NCBI GenBank assembly: GCA_934500875.1
Contig: CAKSTL010000005.1
Location: 71,671 to 135,670, forward strand
Direction: 5' to 3'
DNA length: 64,000 bases
Source: an uncultured Clostridia bacterium
GTDB taxonomy: Bacteria; Bacillota; Clostridia; UMGS1810
Shown here piece by piece: positions 1-10,380 of this stretch. The notes below the pieces were generated by a model, which was given only the letters and a program-made list of their open reading frames with translations, ran no database searches and was not told where the DNA came from. A program made the translations under genes and the position numbers. How positions within the stretch are numbered: the first letter of the stretch is position 1; each line of letters opens with the position of its first letter.

Positions 1-525
1 TTCGCTTGTCCACAAATTTTTTCTGAAGTTTAAATCGCAGCTTACGGTAATGTTTTTAGCCTTAGCCGCTTTGCATGCGTCAAGACAAATTGCCGCACAG
101 TTATCCGAAAGCGCCGGTGTAATTCCCGTAAAATGGAACCAGTCTGCGCCGTCAAAAATTTTATTCCAGTCAAAATCAGACTGCTCTGCCATTGAAATAG
201 CCGAATATTTTCTGTCGTAAATAACCTTTGAAGCCCTCTGCGACGCACCTTTTTCCACAAAATAAAGGCCAAGTCTTTCGCCGCCGATTACGATATCGGA
301 GGTGTCAACGTCGTGAGCCTTAAGCTCTCTTATAGCCGATTTTGCAATGTCATTTGCGGGCATTTTTGTAACATACGACGCCTTAACGCCATAGTTTGCG
401 AGCGATACGGCAACATTTGCCTCGCCGCCGGCATAGGAAATTTCAAAATCCCTTGCCTGAACAAATCTCTGATAACCCGGTGGGTTGAGCCGGCCCATAA
501 CTTCGCCGAAACATACTACTTTCAT
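1..525 (-). CDS. PfkB-family sugar kinase, 2-dehydro-3-deoxygluconokinase-like. The N-terminus is present and the C-terminus runs off the window edge.
   Basis: The reverse-strand translation from the ATG at 523-525 reads MKVVCFGEVMGRLNPPGYQRFVQARDFEISYAGGEANVAVSLANYG. The GG..N motif and an N-terminus like KdgK/ribokinase are present. The ORF is open to position 1. Confidence 0.7.
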   Translation of the reverse strand, partial: MKVVCFGEVMGRLNPPGYQRFVQARDFEISYAGGEANVAVSLANYGVKASYVTKMPANDIAKSAIRELKAHDVDTSDIVIGGERLGLYFVEKGASQRASKVIYDRKYSAISMAEQSDFDWNKIFDGADWFHFTGITPALSDNCAAICLDACKAAKAKNITVSCDLNFRKNLWTSE

Positions 526-596
526 ACCTTAATCTCTCCTTATTAAATATATATTTCAGGCATAGGATTAATTTTCCTATGCCTTGAAAACAAATA

Positions 597-1121
597 TTAA
601 TATAAATCTTTTGTATACCACAAGCTGAAGTACGGCATTTTTGAAAGGGTGATGATAAAGAGGGCAACCAAAATTGCCGAAATTGCCAGAAACACCGTTA
701 CAAGCACCGTCTGCGTTCTTTGCGAAAGCGTAAATTTTTCAAAAAACGAGTGATAAGCAAAGCTTAAAACCCAGTAGAGCACAATCAGCGCAATGGTGAC
801 GATTGCCGCATTTTTCGCCGATATAAACGGAATTCCCCTCATTGAGAAAAAGCACACCGCAAGCACCGACAAAAGCAGCGAATACTCTGCAAAAAACTCG
901 CTTTTCTTAAGCGTTAAAACCGTTAAAACCGCCGAGCATATCCAGCTTGCAAAGCTGAGCACCAAAAGCGTGTTGTAGAGCGGAAGAACGGCGTCAACCT
1001 GCCCGAAAAGACGGGTATACACAAAAAATATGAATGTCAAAAGCGCCATACTTATTATTGTTGAAATAAGCATTGCGTTTGAATGTTTTTCTTCAAGAAT
1101 ATTTCTTTTGGTATTTTCCAT
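597..1121 (-). CDS. hypothetical polytopic membrane protein
   Basis: The 174 aa product has several long hydrophobic segments. A good RBS (AAGGAGA) lies upstream of the ATG. No family was recognised. Confidence 0.5.
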   Translation of the reverse strand: MENTKRNILEEKHSNAMLISTIISMALLTFIFFVYTRLFGQVDAVLPLYNTLLVLSFASWICSAVLTVLTLKKSEFFAEYSLLLSVLAVCFFSMRGIPFISAKNAAIVTIALIVLYWVLSFAYHSFFEKFTLSQRTQTVLVTVFLAISAILVALFIITLSKMPYFSLWYTKDLY

Positions 1122-1150
1122 TTTTATCTCCTTATATAAGCGCTTGAAAA

Positions 1151-1885
1151 CTATCTTTCCCAGCCGCCCAGCTCATACATACACGCCGACAAAACTGCAA
1201 TCGGAGCCGTTTCGGTTCGCATAATTCTCGGGCCGAGCGTAACCGTGCAAACGCCGTTTTCTGCGGCAAACTGTGTTTCCGAAACGTCAAATCCGCCTTC
1301 GGGACCGATAAACACCGCAATGCTTTTCGGCTTTGCGTTTGCAAGAATATTTTTAAGCGTTGTGTTTTCTTCGTTTTCGTAGGGCATAATCTTAAGGTCG
1401 GCGCCCTTTGCCGCCAAAACAGCGTCTTTAAAAGATACGGGAGATAAAATTTCAACCCGTTTTCCCCGTCCGCACTGCTTTGCCGCCTCGTCGGCGATTT
1501 TTTGCCAGCGTATGCGCTTTTTTTCGCCGTCCGAAATTTTTACAACCGAGCGTTTCGCAGCGGTCGGCACAATTTTCACCGCACCCAGCTCAACGCATTT
1601 TTGAATAATGTATTCAAGCTTGTCAGACTTTGGCAAACCCTGAAACAGAGTTATGTCAATCGGCGGTTCAAGCTTGTTTTCGCAAAATGACAAAACCGAA
1701 AGCGAAACGTTATTTTCACCGATTTTATCAATTTTGCAAAGATAATCGGTATTTTTAAAATCGCACAGCACAACCTCATCGCCCTCTTTAAGGCGCAGAA
1801 CTTTTTTAATATGCTTTACGTCGTCGCCCTCTATAACTGCGTTTTTATCGCCCGGGCAAAGGTTTTCGGTATAAAATCTATGCAA
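1151..1885 (-). CDS. rsmE: 16S rRNA (uracil1498-N3)-methyltransferase RsmE
   Basis: The 244 aa product has an N-terminal PUA-like region and a C-terminal SPOUT fold with the motif IAVFIGPEGGF..E typical of RsmE. It uses a TTG start with an AGGAAGG RBS. Confidence 0.85.
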   Translation of the reverse strand: MHRFYTENLCPGDKNAVIEGDDVKHIKKVLRLKEGDEVVLCDFKNTDYLCKIDKIGENNVSLSVLSFCENKLEPPIDITLFQGLPKSDKLEYIIQKCVELGAVKIVPTAAKRSVVKISDGEKKRIRWQKIADEAAKQCGRGKRVEILSPVSFKDAVLAAKGADLKIMPYENEENTTLKNILANAKPKSIAVFIGPEGGFDVSETQFAAENGVCTVTLGPRIMRTETAPIAVLSACMYELGGWER

Positions 1886-2101
1886 ATTATTTACCTTCCT
1901 GACAAAATCTCAAAATTATACATTCAATAGTTTAACATATTTTTACCATATAATCAAGCCATTTTTTTAATTTTATTTAAATTTCGCTTTTTAATTTCAG
2001 AAAATACAAAAAATTTTTTGAATTTATTGAAATTTTTTATCAGGATATAACATTTAAATCAGGTTAAGTTAAAAACGAGAAAAAAATTTGAGGTGAAAAA
2101 A

Positions 2102-3304
2102 GTGAAATTCAAAAAAATTACAATTTTTGTTCTGATAGCGGCAGTGTGCGCATTTTTTTCATATATGACGGTAAACGTTTTGGATATTGGCGGACGTCTT
2201 AAAAATTTAAAGGAGCAAAACATAGGCGGCAAGCCTTTTTCAAACCAGATCGAAGCAGGCGACAGCGGGGTTTTAAAAGACGGCGTTTATACCAGCGACA
2301 AGAAAAAACAGGACGCAAACATAAATCTTTTCGGCGTGCAGACAAAAGGTGCGGACTTTAAAATTCCGGCGGAAAAAAAGGTTATCGCCTGCGGAAACAG
2401 CATTGGCGTAAAGCTTTATACCGACGGCGTTCTGGTTGCGGACATCACCGGATTTGACACAAAGGACGGCAAAAACGTTTCGCCGGCAAGGGGCGCAGGG
2501 CTTAAGGCGGGCGATTTTATAACAAGCGCAGGCGGAAAAAAGATTACCGATATAAATTCTTTAAAAGAGCAGACGCAAAAATATGCCGGCAAAAAAATGA
2601 AGCTTAAATTTTTGCGCAATTCAAAGGAAAAAGAGGTTGAAATCGAGCCGAAGCAGGATAAAAACAGCTCGCTCTGGCGGCTTGGAATGTGGGCAAAAGA
2701 CAGCACCGCCGGCATTGGCACGCTTACCTTTTACGACCCTGCGACAAACACCTTCGGCGCACTCGGACACGGAATTTCGGGCGGCGACGGCGGAAATGTT
2801 CTTGCGGTTAAAAACGGCTCGGTTGTGCGTGCAAACATTATTGACGTAAAAAAAGGAACACCGGGCGACCCGGGCGAGCTTCAGGGAGTTTTTTCGGGAA
2901 CGGATTCAAAGATCGGCACAATCGCAAAAAATATAAAATACGGAATTTTCGGCACAACCGACGGCACGGTGCCTTCAAAAACCGAATACACCGTAGGCAC
3001 CGCCGACAAAATATCCGAGGGAAAAGCCTATATTTTAAGCAACATTTCGGGTACCGAGGTAAAAAGGTATGAAATAGAAATTTTGAAAGTAATGCGCTAC
3101 AACGAAAATTCGACAAAAGGAATGGTAATTAAGGTTACCGACAAGGAGCTTATTGAAAAAACGGGCGGAATCGTTCAGGGAATGAGCGGCAGTCCGATTA
3201 TCCAGAACGACCTTTTAATCGGCGCCGTTACGCACGTTTTTGTGAACGATCCCACAAAAGGATACGGAATTTTTCTGGAAACAATGTTAAAAAACGCAAA
3301 CTGA
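2102..3304 (+). CDS. spoIVB: SpoIVB peptidase (stage IV sporulation signalling serine protease)
   Basis: A PDZ-like segment (GLKAGDFITSAGGKKITDINSLKE) is followed by a peptidase S55 region (GIGTLTFYDP...GALGHGI, GMSGSPIIQNDLLIGAVTHV). The likely GTG start at 2102 follows a GAGGTG RBS. The ORF track starts at 2093. Confidence 0.85.
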   Translation: MKFKKITIFVLIAAVCAFFSYMTVNVLDIGGRLKNLKEQNIGGKPFSNQIEAGDSGVLKDGVYTSDKKKQDANINLFGVQTKGADFKIPAEKKVIACGNSIGVKLYTDGVLVADITGFDTKDGKNVSPARGAGLKAGDFITSAGGKKITDINSLKEQTQKYAGKKMKLKFLRNSKEKEVEIEPKQDKNSSLWRLGMWAKDSTAGIGTLTFYDPATNTFGALGHGISGGDGGNVLAVKNGSVVRANIIDVKKGTPGDPGELQGVFSGTDSKIGTIAKNIKYGIFGTTDGTVPSKTEYTVGTADKISEGKAYILSNISGTEVKRYEIEILKVMRYNENSTKGMVIKVTDKELIEKTGGIVQGMSGSPIIQNDLLIGAVTHVFVNDPTKGYGIFLETMLKNAN

Positions 3305-3334
3305 AGAGGAATTTCGCCGCTTTTTTGCATTAAA

Positions 3335-3364
3335 AAAGCCGCTGCTTTTATTTTGCAGCGGCTA
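3335..3364. terminator. bidirectional hairpin terminator between spoIVB (+) and the oxidoreductase (-)
   Basis: The stem AAGCCGCTGC/GCAGCGGCT is flanked by A-runs and T-runs. Confidence 0.5.
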
Positions 3365-3372
3365 TAAATTTT

Positions 3373-4431
3373 TTAAATATTAACTTTTACAGACCTGTTC
3401 TGACGCTCCGATTTAAACGCAGCCTCCATAACACGCATAACACGCATAGCCTCCGAAGGCTTTACCAAAAGCTCTTTTTTGCCGTCGATTACTTCTGCAT
3501 AGTTGCCGTAATATTCTGCCCATTCGTCACATTCAACGTGCGGCAGAGAATGCTCAACAGTCGATTTATCGGTTCTCGGCGCCATGGTTTTTGTAAGACC
3601 TGCGCCTGCCTCAATGGGGATTGCGTCCTCGTTTTCTTTGCCCTTTTGAATGTTAACTATTTTTCCTGTGCAGCTCCAGTCGTCAATAACCGCAGTTCCT
3701 TCGCTGCCGCAGATGTGCCATCTGGGAAGGTTTATGTAACAGGAGGTGTAAACCTCGATTGTGTAAACAATTCCGTTTTCAAACGTAAGAATAAGCGTAA
3801 ATCCGTCGTCAACCTCGGAATAATGCACGTGCTGCATACGAACGTAAACCTCTGAAACAGGCGAATCTATCATATTAAGCGCCTGGTCGATAAGATGAAC
3901 GCCCCAGTCAAGCATCATACCGCCGCCGAAAGCCTTTTTTGCACGCCAGTCGCCCGGAATTCCCCTCGAGCCCATAACTCTTGACGAAATTGAAAAAACC
4001 TTGCCGACTTTATTTTCTTCAAGAATTTTTTTGACTGTAAGAAAATCCTTGTCCCAGCGCCTGTTCTGATGAACCGAAAATACCCTGTTGTATTGTTTTG
4101 AAGCGTCAATCATTTTCTGAAGATTTTTGCTTGAAGTGGTAACGGGTTTTTCGGTAATAACGTGCTTTCCTGCCTGCATAGCCTTAATTGCATAGGGACA
4201 GTGAAAGTGGTTGGGCGTGGCAATAACGAGGATGTCAACCGAGTCGTCTTTTAAAATTTTATTTATATTGTCATAGGTTTTAAGCCCGAAGCTTTCAGCT
4301 TTTTTTCGTGCGCTCTCTTTAATGTCGCACACGGCAACGGGGTTAATTCTGTCAATTCTGTCCATATTAAGGTGGTGCCATTTGCCCATTCCGCCGTAGC
4401 CGACAATGCCGAGATTGTATTGTTTTTTCAT
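3373..4431 (-). CDS. Gfo/Idh/MocA family NAD(P)-dependent oxidoreductase
   Basis: The N-terminal Rossmann motif GIVGYGGMG is present. EKP and a conserved C-terminal alpha/beta domain are typical of this family. Confidence 0.85.
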   Translation of the reverse strand: MKKQYNLGIVGYGGMGKWHHLNMDRIDRINPVAVCDIKESARKKAESFGLKTYDNINKILKDDSVDILVIATPNHFHCPYAIKAMQAGKHVITEKPVTTSSKNLQKMIDASKQYNRVFSVHQNRRWDKDFLTVKKILEENKVGKVFSISSRVMGSRGIPGDWRAKKAFGGGMMLDWGVHLIDQALNMIDSPVSEVYVRMQHVHYSEVDDGFTLILTFENGIVYTIEVYTSCYINLPRWHICGSEGTAVIDDWSCTGKIVNIQKGKENEDAIPIEAGAGLTKTMAPRTDKSTVEHSLPHVECDEWAEYYGNYAEVIDGKKELLVKPSEAMRVMRVMEAAFKSERQNRSVKVNI

Positions 4432-4657
4432 AACTAAAACTTCCTTTTGAAGTGGTTTTTATCATATTGTACCATATAAAAAATTTTTTGCAACAGTTAT
4501 TTTGAATTTTGGCAATATTTTATAACAACAAGTCAAAATAGTGCAAATTATTGTATGTATCGCTTTAGTAAAAATGTAATATTTTTAAAGTTTGGCATAT
4601 ATATTTTTAGTGGACATAAGTTTGCGGCAAAAAGGGGGAATTTTGGTGGAAATTGAG

Positions 4658-4915
4658 ATGTTTTCAAAATTTTTGGGATATATTCTCGGACTGCTTATTA
4701 TTTTTACGGTTTGCAAAATATTTTTTAAGCCGCTTAAGGTAATTTTCAAATTCTTTTTCAGCAGTTTTTTGGGGCTTGCAATTTTGTTTATAATCAATTC
4801 TTTTTCGCACATTACAAATTTTTACATAGGAATAAACCCGGTAACTGCGCTTGTTTTGGGACTTTTGGGCGTTCCGGGGCTTATTATGATTATTATTCTT
4901 AAGTTTTTTATCTGA
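4658..4915 (+). CDS. bofA: pro-sigma-K processing inhibitor BofA family protein
   Basis: The product is an 86 aa two-TM protein. Its C-terminal LGVPGLIMIIILKFFI matches the B. subtilis BofA C-terminus (ILGIPG..VIKQFI). A GGTGGA RBS is upstream. Confidence 0.65.
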   Translation: MFSKFLGYILGLLIIFTVCKIFFKPLKVIFKFFFSSFLGLAILFIINSFSHITNFYIGINPVTALVLGLLGVPGLIMIIILKFFI

Positions 4916-5042
4916 ATAATCGAAAAAAAGGATTTTTTAAAATTTTGTGGTATTATATTAAATAAGGAAGGAAAATCAACGCAAAAAATTTTTTTGCGTC
5001 AGAATTTTATGCCGGCATATGGCGGCGGAACGGAGATTTTTT

Positions 5043-5621
5043 ATGAAAAAAATAATCGCAATAAACGCAAGCCCTCACAAGGACGGCGACGTTGCATTTT
5101 TACTTAAGACGGCTTTGTCAAAGCTTTCGGAAAAAGGCTTTGATACAGAGCTTATATATCTTCAGAGCGCACTCGATTCGGCAAAAACCCCGTTTTGCGT
5201 GTGCTGTTCGTCACCGTGCAGCAAGGCCTGTTACAAAGGCACCGCCCTTGAAGAGGTTCTTAACAAAATGGAGGATGCGGACGGCATTATTTTCGGCACG
5301 CCGGTATATTTCGGCGCAATGACCGCCCAGCTTAAATGTTTGTTTGACAAAACCAGGGATGCACGCTCAAGACGTGCATTTGTCGGAAAGACAGGATGCG
5401 TGTTCACGTCGGGGGCGTCGCTTTTCGGCGGACAGGAGGCAACGGTAAGGTCTGTTCAGGACGCTATGCTTGTGGACGGATTTACAATAATCGGAACAAG
5501 CTCCGAAAAATTGGGAGCAGGTCATATGGGTGTGTGTTCTCTGCGCCCCGCAAGGGAGGACAAAAACGCACTTTCACGCATCGACCTTATATGCGAAAGA
5601 TTTGCCGAGGAGGTAAAATAA
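5043..5621 (+). CDS. flavodoxin-like fold NADPH-dependent FMN reductase / iron-sulfur flavoprotein family protein
   Basis: MKKIIAINASPHKDG is the classic N-terminus of NADPH-dependent FMN reductase and iron-sulfur flavoprotein (Isf) family proteins. A Cys cluster CVCCSSPCSKAC is present. The start was chosen at the ATG with a GGAG RBS. Confidence 0.7.
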   Translation: MKKIIAINASPHKDGDVAFLLKTALSKLSEKGFDTELIYLQSALDSAKTPFCVCCSSPCSKACYKGTALEEVLNKMEDADGIIFGTPVYFGAMTAQLKCLFDKTRDARSRRAFVGKTGCVFTSGASLFGGQEATVRSVQDAMLVDGFTIIGTSSEKLGAGHMGVCSLRPAREDKNALSRIDLICERFAEEVK

Positions 5622-5625
5622 TACA

Positions 5626-6615
5626 TTGAACATACGTATGCAAAGCGAAATGCTGGAGGAAAAATATCTTTGCGAGTATGCCTGTTTTTCAAAAAACACA
5701 AAGGGCAGAAAAAAAGATGAGGAAAAATGCGGTATACGCACCGAGTTTTGCCGTGACCGTGACCGCATTGTTCATTCCAAAGCATTCAGAAGGTTAAAAC
5801 ACAAAACGCAGGTTTTTATATCGCCCGACAACGACCATTACAGAACACGTCTTACACACACGCTTGAGGTTTCGCAGATTGCAAAAACCATTGCAAAGGC
5901 GCTTCGGCTTAACGTGGATTTGACCGAAGCGATAAGCCTCGGGCACGATTTGGGTCACACGCCGTTCGGGCATATGGGCGAGCATATTTTAAACAATCTT
6001 TCAAAGCACGGCTTTAAGCATTACCGGCAAAGCCTGAGGGTTGTTGACGTGCTTGAAAAGGACGGCAGAGGGCTTAATCTTACCTATGAGGTTCGTGACG
6101 GAATTTTAAATCACGCAGGCGATATGACGGCAGAAACGTTTGAAGGAAAAATTATAAAATATGCCGACCGTTTTGCATATCTTAACCACGATATAGACGA
6201 CGCAATAAGGGCAGGAATAATAAAAGACAGCGACCTTCCGAAGGAATATATCAAAATTCTCGGCGAGCGCCATTCAAAAAGAATCAACACGCTTATATGC
6301 GACATCATATCCTCGACGCTTGAAAAAAAAGAGGTTTCAATGAGCAAAAAAACCGAGGACGCTATGATGGGGCTTCGCAGTTTTATGTTTGAAACGGTTT
6401 ACAAAAAAATAGGCGAGCAGGATAAAAAAGTGGAGCTTGTAATTGAAAAAATGTTTAAATATCATTTTGAAAACCCCGAAAAAATGCCGCCGGAATTTGT
6501 AAATCTTTTGAAAGATTACGATAAAGACACCGTTGTGTGCGATTATATCGCAAGTATGACGGATGGGTATATTCTTAAAAAATTCAACGAATTGTTTATA
6601 CCGCAGACGTGGTAA
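5626..6615 (+). CDS. dgt: dGTP triphosphohydrolase-like HD-domain phosphohydrolase
   Basis: The HD motif (LTHTLEVSQI...GHDLGHTPFGH) is present. The gene sits immediately upstream of dnaG, as in many Firmicutes. Confidence 0.8.
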   Translation: MNIRMQSEMLEEKYLCEYACFSKNTKGRKKDEEKCGIRTEFCRDRDRIVHSKAFRRLKHKTQVFISPDNDHYRTRLTHTLEVSQIAKTIAKALRLNVDLTEAISLGHDLGHTPFGHMGEHILNNLSKHGFKHYRQSLRVVDVLEKDGRGLNLTYEVRDGILNHAGDMTAETFEGKIIKYADRFAYLNHDIDDAIRAGIIKDSDLPKEYIKILGERHSKRINTLICDIISSTLEKKEVSMSKKTEDAMMGLRSFMFETVYKKIGEQDKKVELVIEKMFKYHFENPEKMPPEFVNLLKDYDKDTVVCDYIASMTDGYILKKFNELFIPQTW

Positions 6616-6717
6616 AATAAGGTATTTTGCAAAAATATGAATTTTAAAGAAGGAATTTATAAAAAAAAGTCGAATTAAATAACTTGTGCAAAAAATAAGG
6701 AAATATGGTGATGGATT

Positions 6718-8454
6718 TTGCCCCGGTATCCCGAGTATATTATTCAGGAAATCATTGATAAAAACGATATTGCGGACGTTGTTTCGGAGTATGTTCCGCT
6801 GAAAAAAAGCGGGTCGAATTATGTCGGTCTGTGCCCGTTTCATAACGAAAAAACACCGTCGTTTTCGGTGTCGCAGCAAAAGGGAATTTTTCATTGCTTC
6901 GGCTGCGGCGAGGGCGGCACGGTTGTAAGTTTTGTTATGAAAATGGAAAATATTACGTTTACCGAGGCAATTGCAAAGCTTGCCCAAAGGGCAGGAATTG
7001 CCCTTCCCGAAACGAATTACCGTGATTCTAAAAAAGAGGCGGCGCTGCGGGATAAAAAAGAGCTTTATTTTGAGCTTAACAAAGAGGCGGCAAACTTTTA
7101 TTACAGTATGCTTTCAAAAAAAGAGGGTGCCGTTGCGGTTGCCTATTTTAAAGAAAGGGCGCTTGACGGCAAATGCGCAAAGTTTTATACGCTCGGTTAT
7201 TCGCCAAACGAAAGATGTGCGCTTTTGGATTATCTTACTCAAAAAGGATATAAGAAGGAAGATATTTTTTCTGCCGGGCTTGCCTCAAAAAACGAGTCGG
7301 GAACTTATTACGACCGTTTCAGAAACCGCATTATGTTTCCTATTTTCAACGCAAACGATAAGGTTATAGGCTTCGGCGCACGGCGCATAACAGAAGATGT
7401 TAACCCGAAATATCTTAACACAGCCGATACGCTTATATACAACAAAAGCAAAAACCTTTATTCGCTCAACGTTGCAAGAAGGGCAAGAAAGGGCGAGGTT
7501 ATCCTGGTTGAAGGGTATATGGACGTTATATCGGTTGTGAAAAACGGTATTCCCAACGTTGTTGCAACGCTCGGCACTGCGCTGACAAGCGACCAGGCAA
7601 AGCTTTTGAAACGCTATTTTAACGAGGTTATAATTTGCTACGACAGCGACGACGCAGGTCTTGAAGCGAAAAAACGTGCGATTTTAATACTTCGTGATAT
7701 GGATATCAAAACAAGCGTTATGACGGTTGAAGGCGCAAAAGATACTGACGAATTTTTGAAAAAATACGGGAAAGACAGGTTTTTGACGCTGATAAACAAA
7801 AGAAAATCCGACATTTTGTATTTGATGGATATTTTTGGGGCAAGATATGAACTGCAAATAAACGTTGAGGACAGAATAAGCTATGTTTCCGACCTTTTGC
7901 CGTATCTTGCAAAAGTCAAAAACGAGGTTGAGCTTGATATTTATGTTGAAGAAATTGCAAAGCGTGCAAAAACGGGCGTTCAGGCAATATATGCAAGCCT
8001 CGGAAGAACACGCAGCGCAAAGAATACAAACGGCGCAAAAAGCCCCGATATTCTTCCGTATGCAGGGGCGATTGTGTCGGACAGGCTGGATAAAACAAGA
8101 GAGCTTCTTTTGTCTGTCCTTGCAGAAAATATGAGCATTGCACAGCGGCTTGCCGGTACTTTGGATATAAGCCTTTTTGAAAAGGAAATCCACAAGAAAC
8201 TTTTTAAAATTATTATGGATAAGGCTGAGGATAACCAAAAAATCGAGGCGGGGGACGTTATGACCCTATTTGACGAGGATGAAGTCGGCACAGTTACAAA
8301 AATTCTTGCAATAGACGCAATGTGCGACGACAAAATGCGTGCGGCGCACGATTATGCCGAGGCGGTAAGAGAAGAAATGCGCAAGGCGAAAATACAAAAA
8401 CTTTTGCAGAGCGGCGATGTTAACGCTTTGAACGAGTTTTTGAAAAATAAATAA
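6718..8454 (+). CDS. dnaG: DNA primase
   Basis: The zinc-binding CHC2 motif is present ([29 protein letters not shown]). A TOPRIM region (EGYMDVIS) is also present. The length is 578 aa. Confidence 0.95.
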   Translation: MPRYPEYIIQEIIDKNDIADVVSEYVPLKKSGSNYVGLCPFHNEKTPSFSVSQQKGIFHCFGCGEGGTVVSFVMKMENITFTEAIAKLAQRAGIALPETNYRDSKKEAALRDKKELYFELNKEAANFYYSMLSKKEGAVAVAYFKERALDGKCAKFYTLGYSPNERCALLDYLTQKGYKKEDIFSAGLASKNESGTYYDRFRNRIMFPIFNANDKVIGFGARRITEDVNPKYLNTADTLIYNKSKNLYSLNVARRARKGEVILVEGYMDVISVVKNGIPNVVATLGTALTSDQAKLLKRYFNEVIICYDSDDAGLEAKKRAILILRDMDIKTSVMTVEGAKDTDEFLKKYGKDRFLTLINKRKSDILYLMDIFGARYELQINVEDRISYVSDLLPYLAKVKNEVELDIYVEEIAKRAKTGVQAIYASLGRTRSAKNTNGAKSPDILPYAGAIVSDRLDKTRELLLSVLAENMSIAQRLAGTLDISLFEKEIHKKLFKIIMDKAEDNQKIEAGDVMTLFDEDEVGTVTKILAIDAMCDDKMRAAHDYAEAVREEMRKAKIQKLLQSGDVNALNEFLKNK

Positions 8455-8486
8455 TTTTTACTTATGAAAGGAGGAGCAGGCAGAAT

Positions 8487-9599
8487 ATGGCTGAAGAAAA
8501 AAACACCGTCAAGGGCAAAGAAAACCGAAGTGTTGCCGACAAAAAAGCGATTATTAAAACGCTTATCGCAATCGGTCAGAAAAAAGGGGTTTTGTCCTAT
8601 AAGGAAGTTATGGATGCTCTTTCCGAGATTGATTTAGATGTAAAGCAGATTGAAAAAATCTACGAAACTTTGGAACACTTGGGTATTGAGCTTGTTGAGG
8701 ATTTGGACAGAGAGCTTGCTGAAATTCAAACAAATGAGGAGGAAATTGACCTTTCGATTCCCGAGGGTGTGGGTCTTGACGATCCTGTAAGAATGTATCT
8801 TAAAGAAATTGGAAAAGTTCCGCTGCTTACCGGCGACGAGGAAATAGAGCTTGCCGAAAGAATGCACAACGGCGACGAGGCGGCAAAAAAACGTCTTTCC
8901 GAGGCGAATTTAAGGCTTGTTGTAAGCATTGCAAAACGCTATGTCGGCAGGGGGATGCTTTTTCTCGACCTTATCCAGGAGGGCAATCTGGGTCTTATCA
9001 AGGCCGTTGAAAAATTTGACTATACAAAAGGCTATAAATTCAGCACATATGCAACCTGGTGGATAAGACAAGCAATTACAAGGGCAATTGCCGACCAGGC
9101 AAGAACGATAAGAATTCCCGTCCATATGGTGGAAACAATAAATAAGCTTATCAGAGTGTCACGTCAGCTTTTGCAGGAGCTTGGCAGAGAGCCGCACGTG
9201 GACGAAATTGCAAACGCTATGGGCGTGAGCGAGGACAGGGTGCGTGAAATTATGAAAATCGCACAGGAGCCTGTGTCGCTTGAAACGCCTATCGGCGAAG
9301 AAGAGGACAGTATTCTGGGAGATTTTATTCCCGATAACGACGCACCCGCACCGTCAGATATGGCGGCGTTTATGCTCTTGAAAGAACAGCTTATGAACGT
9401 TCTTGAAACTCTTACCCCACGTGAGGAAAAGGTGCTGAGGCTGCGTTTCGGTCTTGACGACGGAAGGGCAAGAACGCTTGAAGAAGTGGGAAAAGAATTT
9501 AACGTTACAAGAGAGAGAATCCGTCAGATTGAGGCAAAGGCTTTGCGTAAGCTGCGCCATCCGAGCAGAAGCAAAAAACTTAAGGATTTTCTTGAGTAA
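8487..9599 (+). CDS. sigA: RNA polymerase primary sigma factor
   Basis: Regions 1.2, 2 ([17 protein letters not shown]), 3 and 4 ([25 protein letters not shown]) of RpoD/SigA are recognisable. Confidence 0.95.
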   Translation: MAEEKNTVKGKENRSVADKKAIIKTLIAIGQKKGVLSYKEVMDALSEIDLDVKQIEKIYETLEHLGIELVEDLDRELAEIQTNEEEIDLSIPEGVGLDDPVRMYLKEIGKVPLLTGDEEIELAERMHNGDEAAKKRLSEANLRLVVSIAKRYVGRGMLFLDLIQEGNLGLIKAVEKFDYTKGYKFSTYATWWIRQAITRAIADQARTIRIPVHMVETINKLIRVSRQLLQELGREPHVDEIANAMGVSEDRVREIMKIAQEPVSLETPIGEEEDSILGDFIPDNDAPAPSDMAAFMLLKEQLMNVLETLTPREEKVLRLRFGLDDGRARTLEEVGKEFNVTRERIRQIEAKALRKLRHPSRSKKLKDFLE

Positions 9600-9621
9600 A
9601 ATTAATATCAAAACAAAATTA

Positions 9622-9657
9622 AAAGCAAGCGGAGCTTTATGTTCCGCTTGCTTTTTT
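9622..9657 (+). terminator. rho-independent terminator downstream of sigA
   Basis: The GC-rich stem AAGCAAGCGG/CCGCTTGCTT is followed by a T-run. Confidence 0.6.
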
Positions 9658-9715
9658 AGTCATTACGAAATCAAACCTCTAATGCCTGTCAAAATCCGAA
9701 AACCGCTTTTCTTGT

Positions 9716-10351
9716 TTAATCGGAGTTTTGACGGTCTAACTTATACGACAGCAGCATAAGACTGTCCGAAAGATGGACGTTTTCAATCACAACGTTTTCC
9801 TGTTCGTCAAGCTCGGTGTACGAAAAATTCCAGATTGCCTTAATTCCGAGCGAAATAAGGTTTTGCGCAACCGATTTTACCGACGTTTGCGGCACGGTAA
9901 GAATTGCAATGTCGGGATGATGCTCTTTTATAAAATCCGCAATACCGTCATAGTCCGACACCGTTATGTCGCTTATTTTTTTGCCGACCTTCGACTTGTC
10001 GTTATCAAAAACGCCTGTGAGCGTAAAACCTCTTTTTTTGAAATTTGTGTGGTTTGCCAGTGCGTGACCCAAAAATCCCGCACCGACAATAATTGTTGTT
10101 CTTCCTGAATATAAGCCCAAAATCGTGCCGATTTCACGGTGCAGCATTTCAACGTTATATCCGTATCCCTGCTGACCGAAACCGCCGAAAAAGTTAAAAT
10201 CCTGCCTTATCTGCGAGGCGGTAACACCCATTTTGCGGCTCAGTTCGCTTGATGATATTCTGAAAATCTGTTTTTTCATAAGGTCGTCAAGATATCTGTA
10301 ATATCTCGGCAGTCTGCGTGCAACCACGTCGGGAACTTTCTTATCCTTCAC
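9716..10351 (-). CDS. rex: redox-sensing transcriptional repressor Rex
   Basis: The N-terminal winged helix (RLPRYYRYL) and the Rossmann motif GAGFLG are present. The start was reassigned to the GTG at 10351 after a GGAGGTG RBS. The longer ORF in the track would overlap the upstream gene. Confidence 0.85.
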   Translation of the reverse strand: MKDKKVPDVVARRLPRYYRYLDDLMKKQIFRISSSELSRKMGVTASQIRQDFNFFGGFGQQGYGYNVEMLHREIGTILGLYSGRTTIIVGAGFLGHALANHTNFKKRGFTLTGVFDNDKSKVGKKISDITVSDYDGIADFIKEHHPDIAILTVPQTSVKSVAQNLISLGIKAIWNFSYTELDEQENVVIENVHLSDSLMLLSYKLDRQNSD

Positions 10352-10380
10352 CTTAACACCTCCGAAGGGCTTTGAAATTT

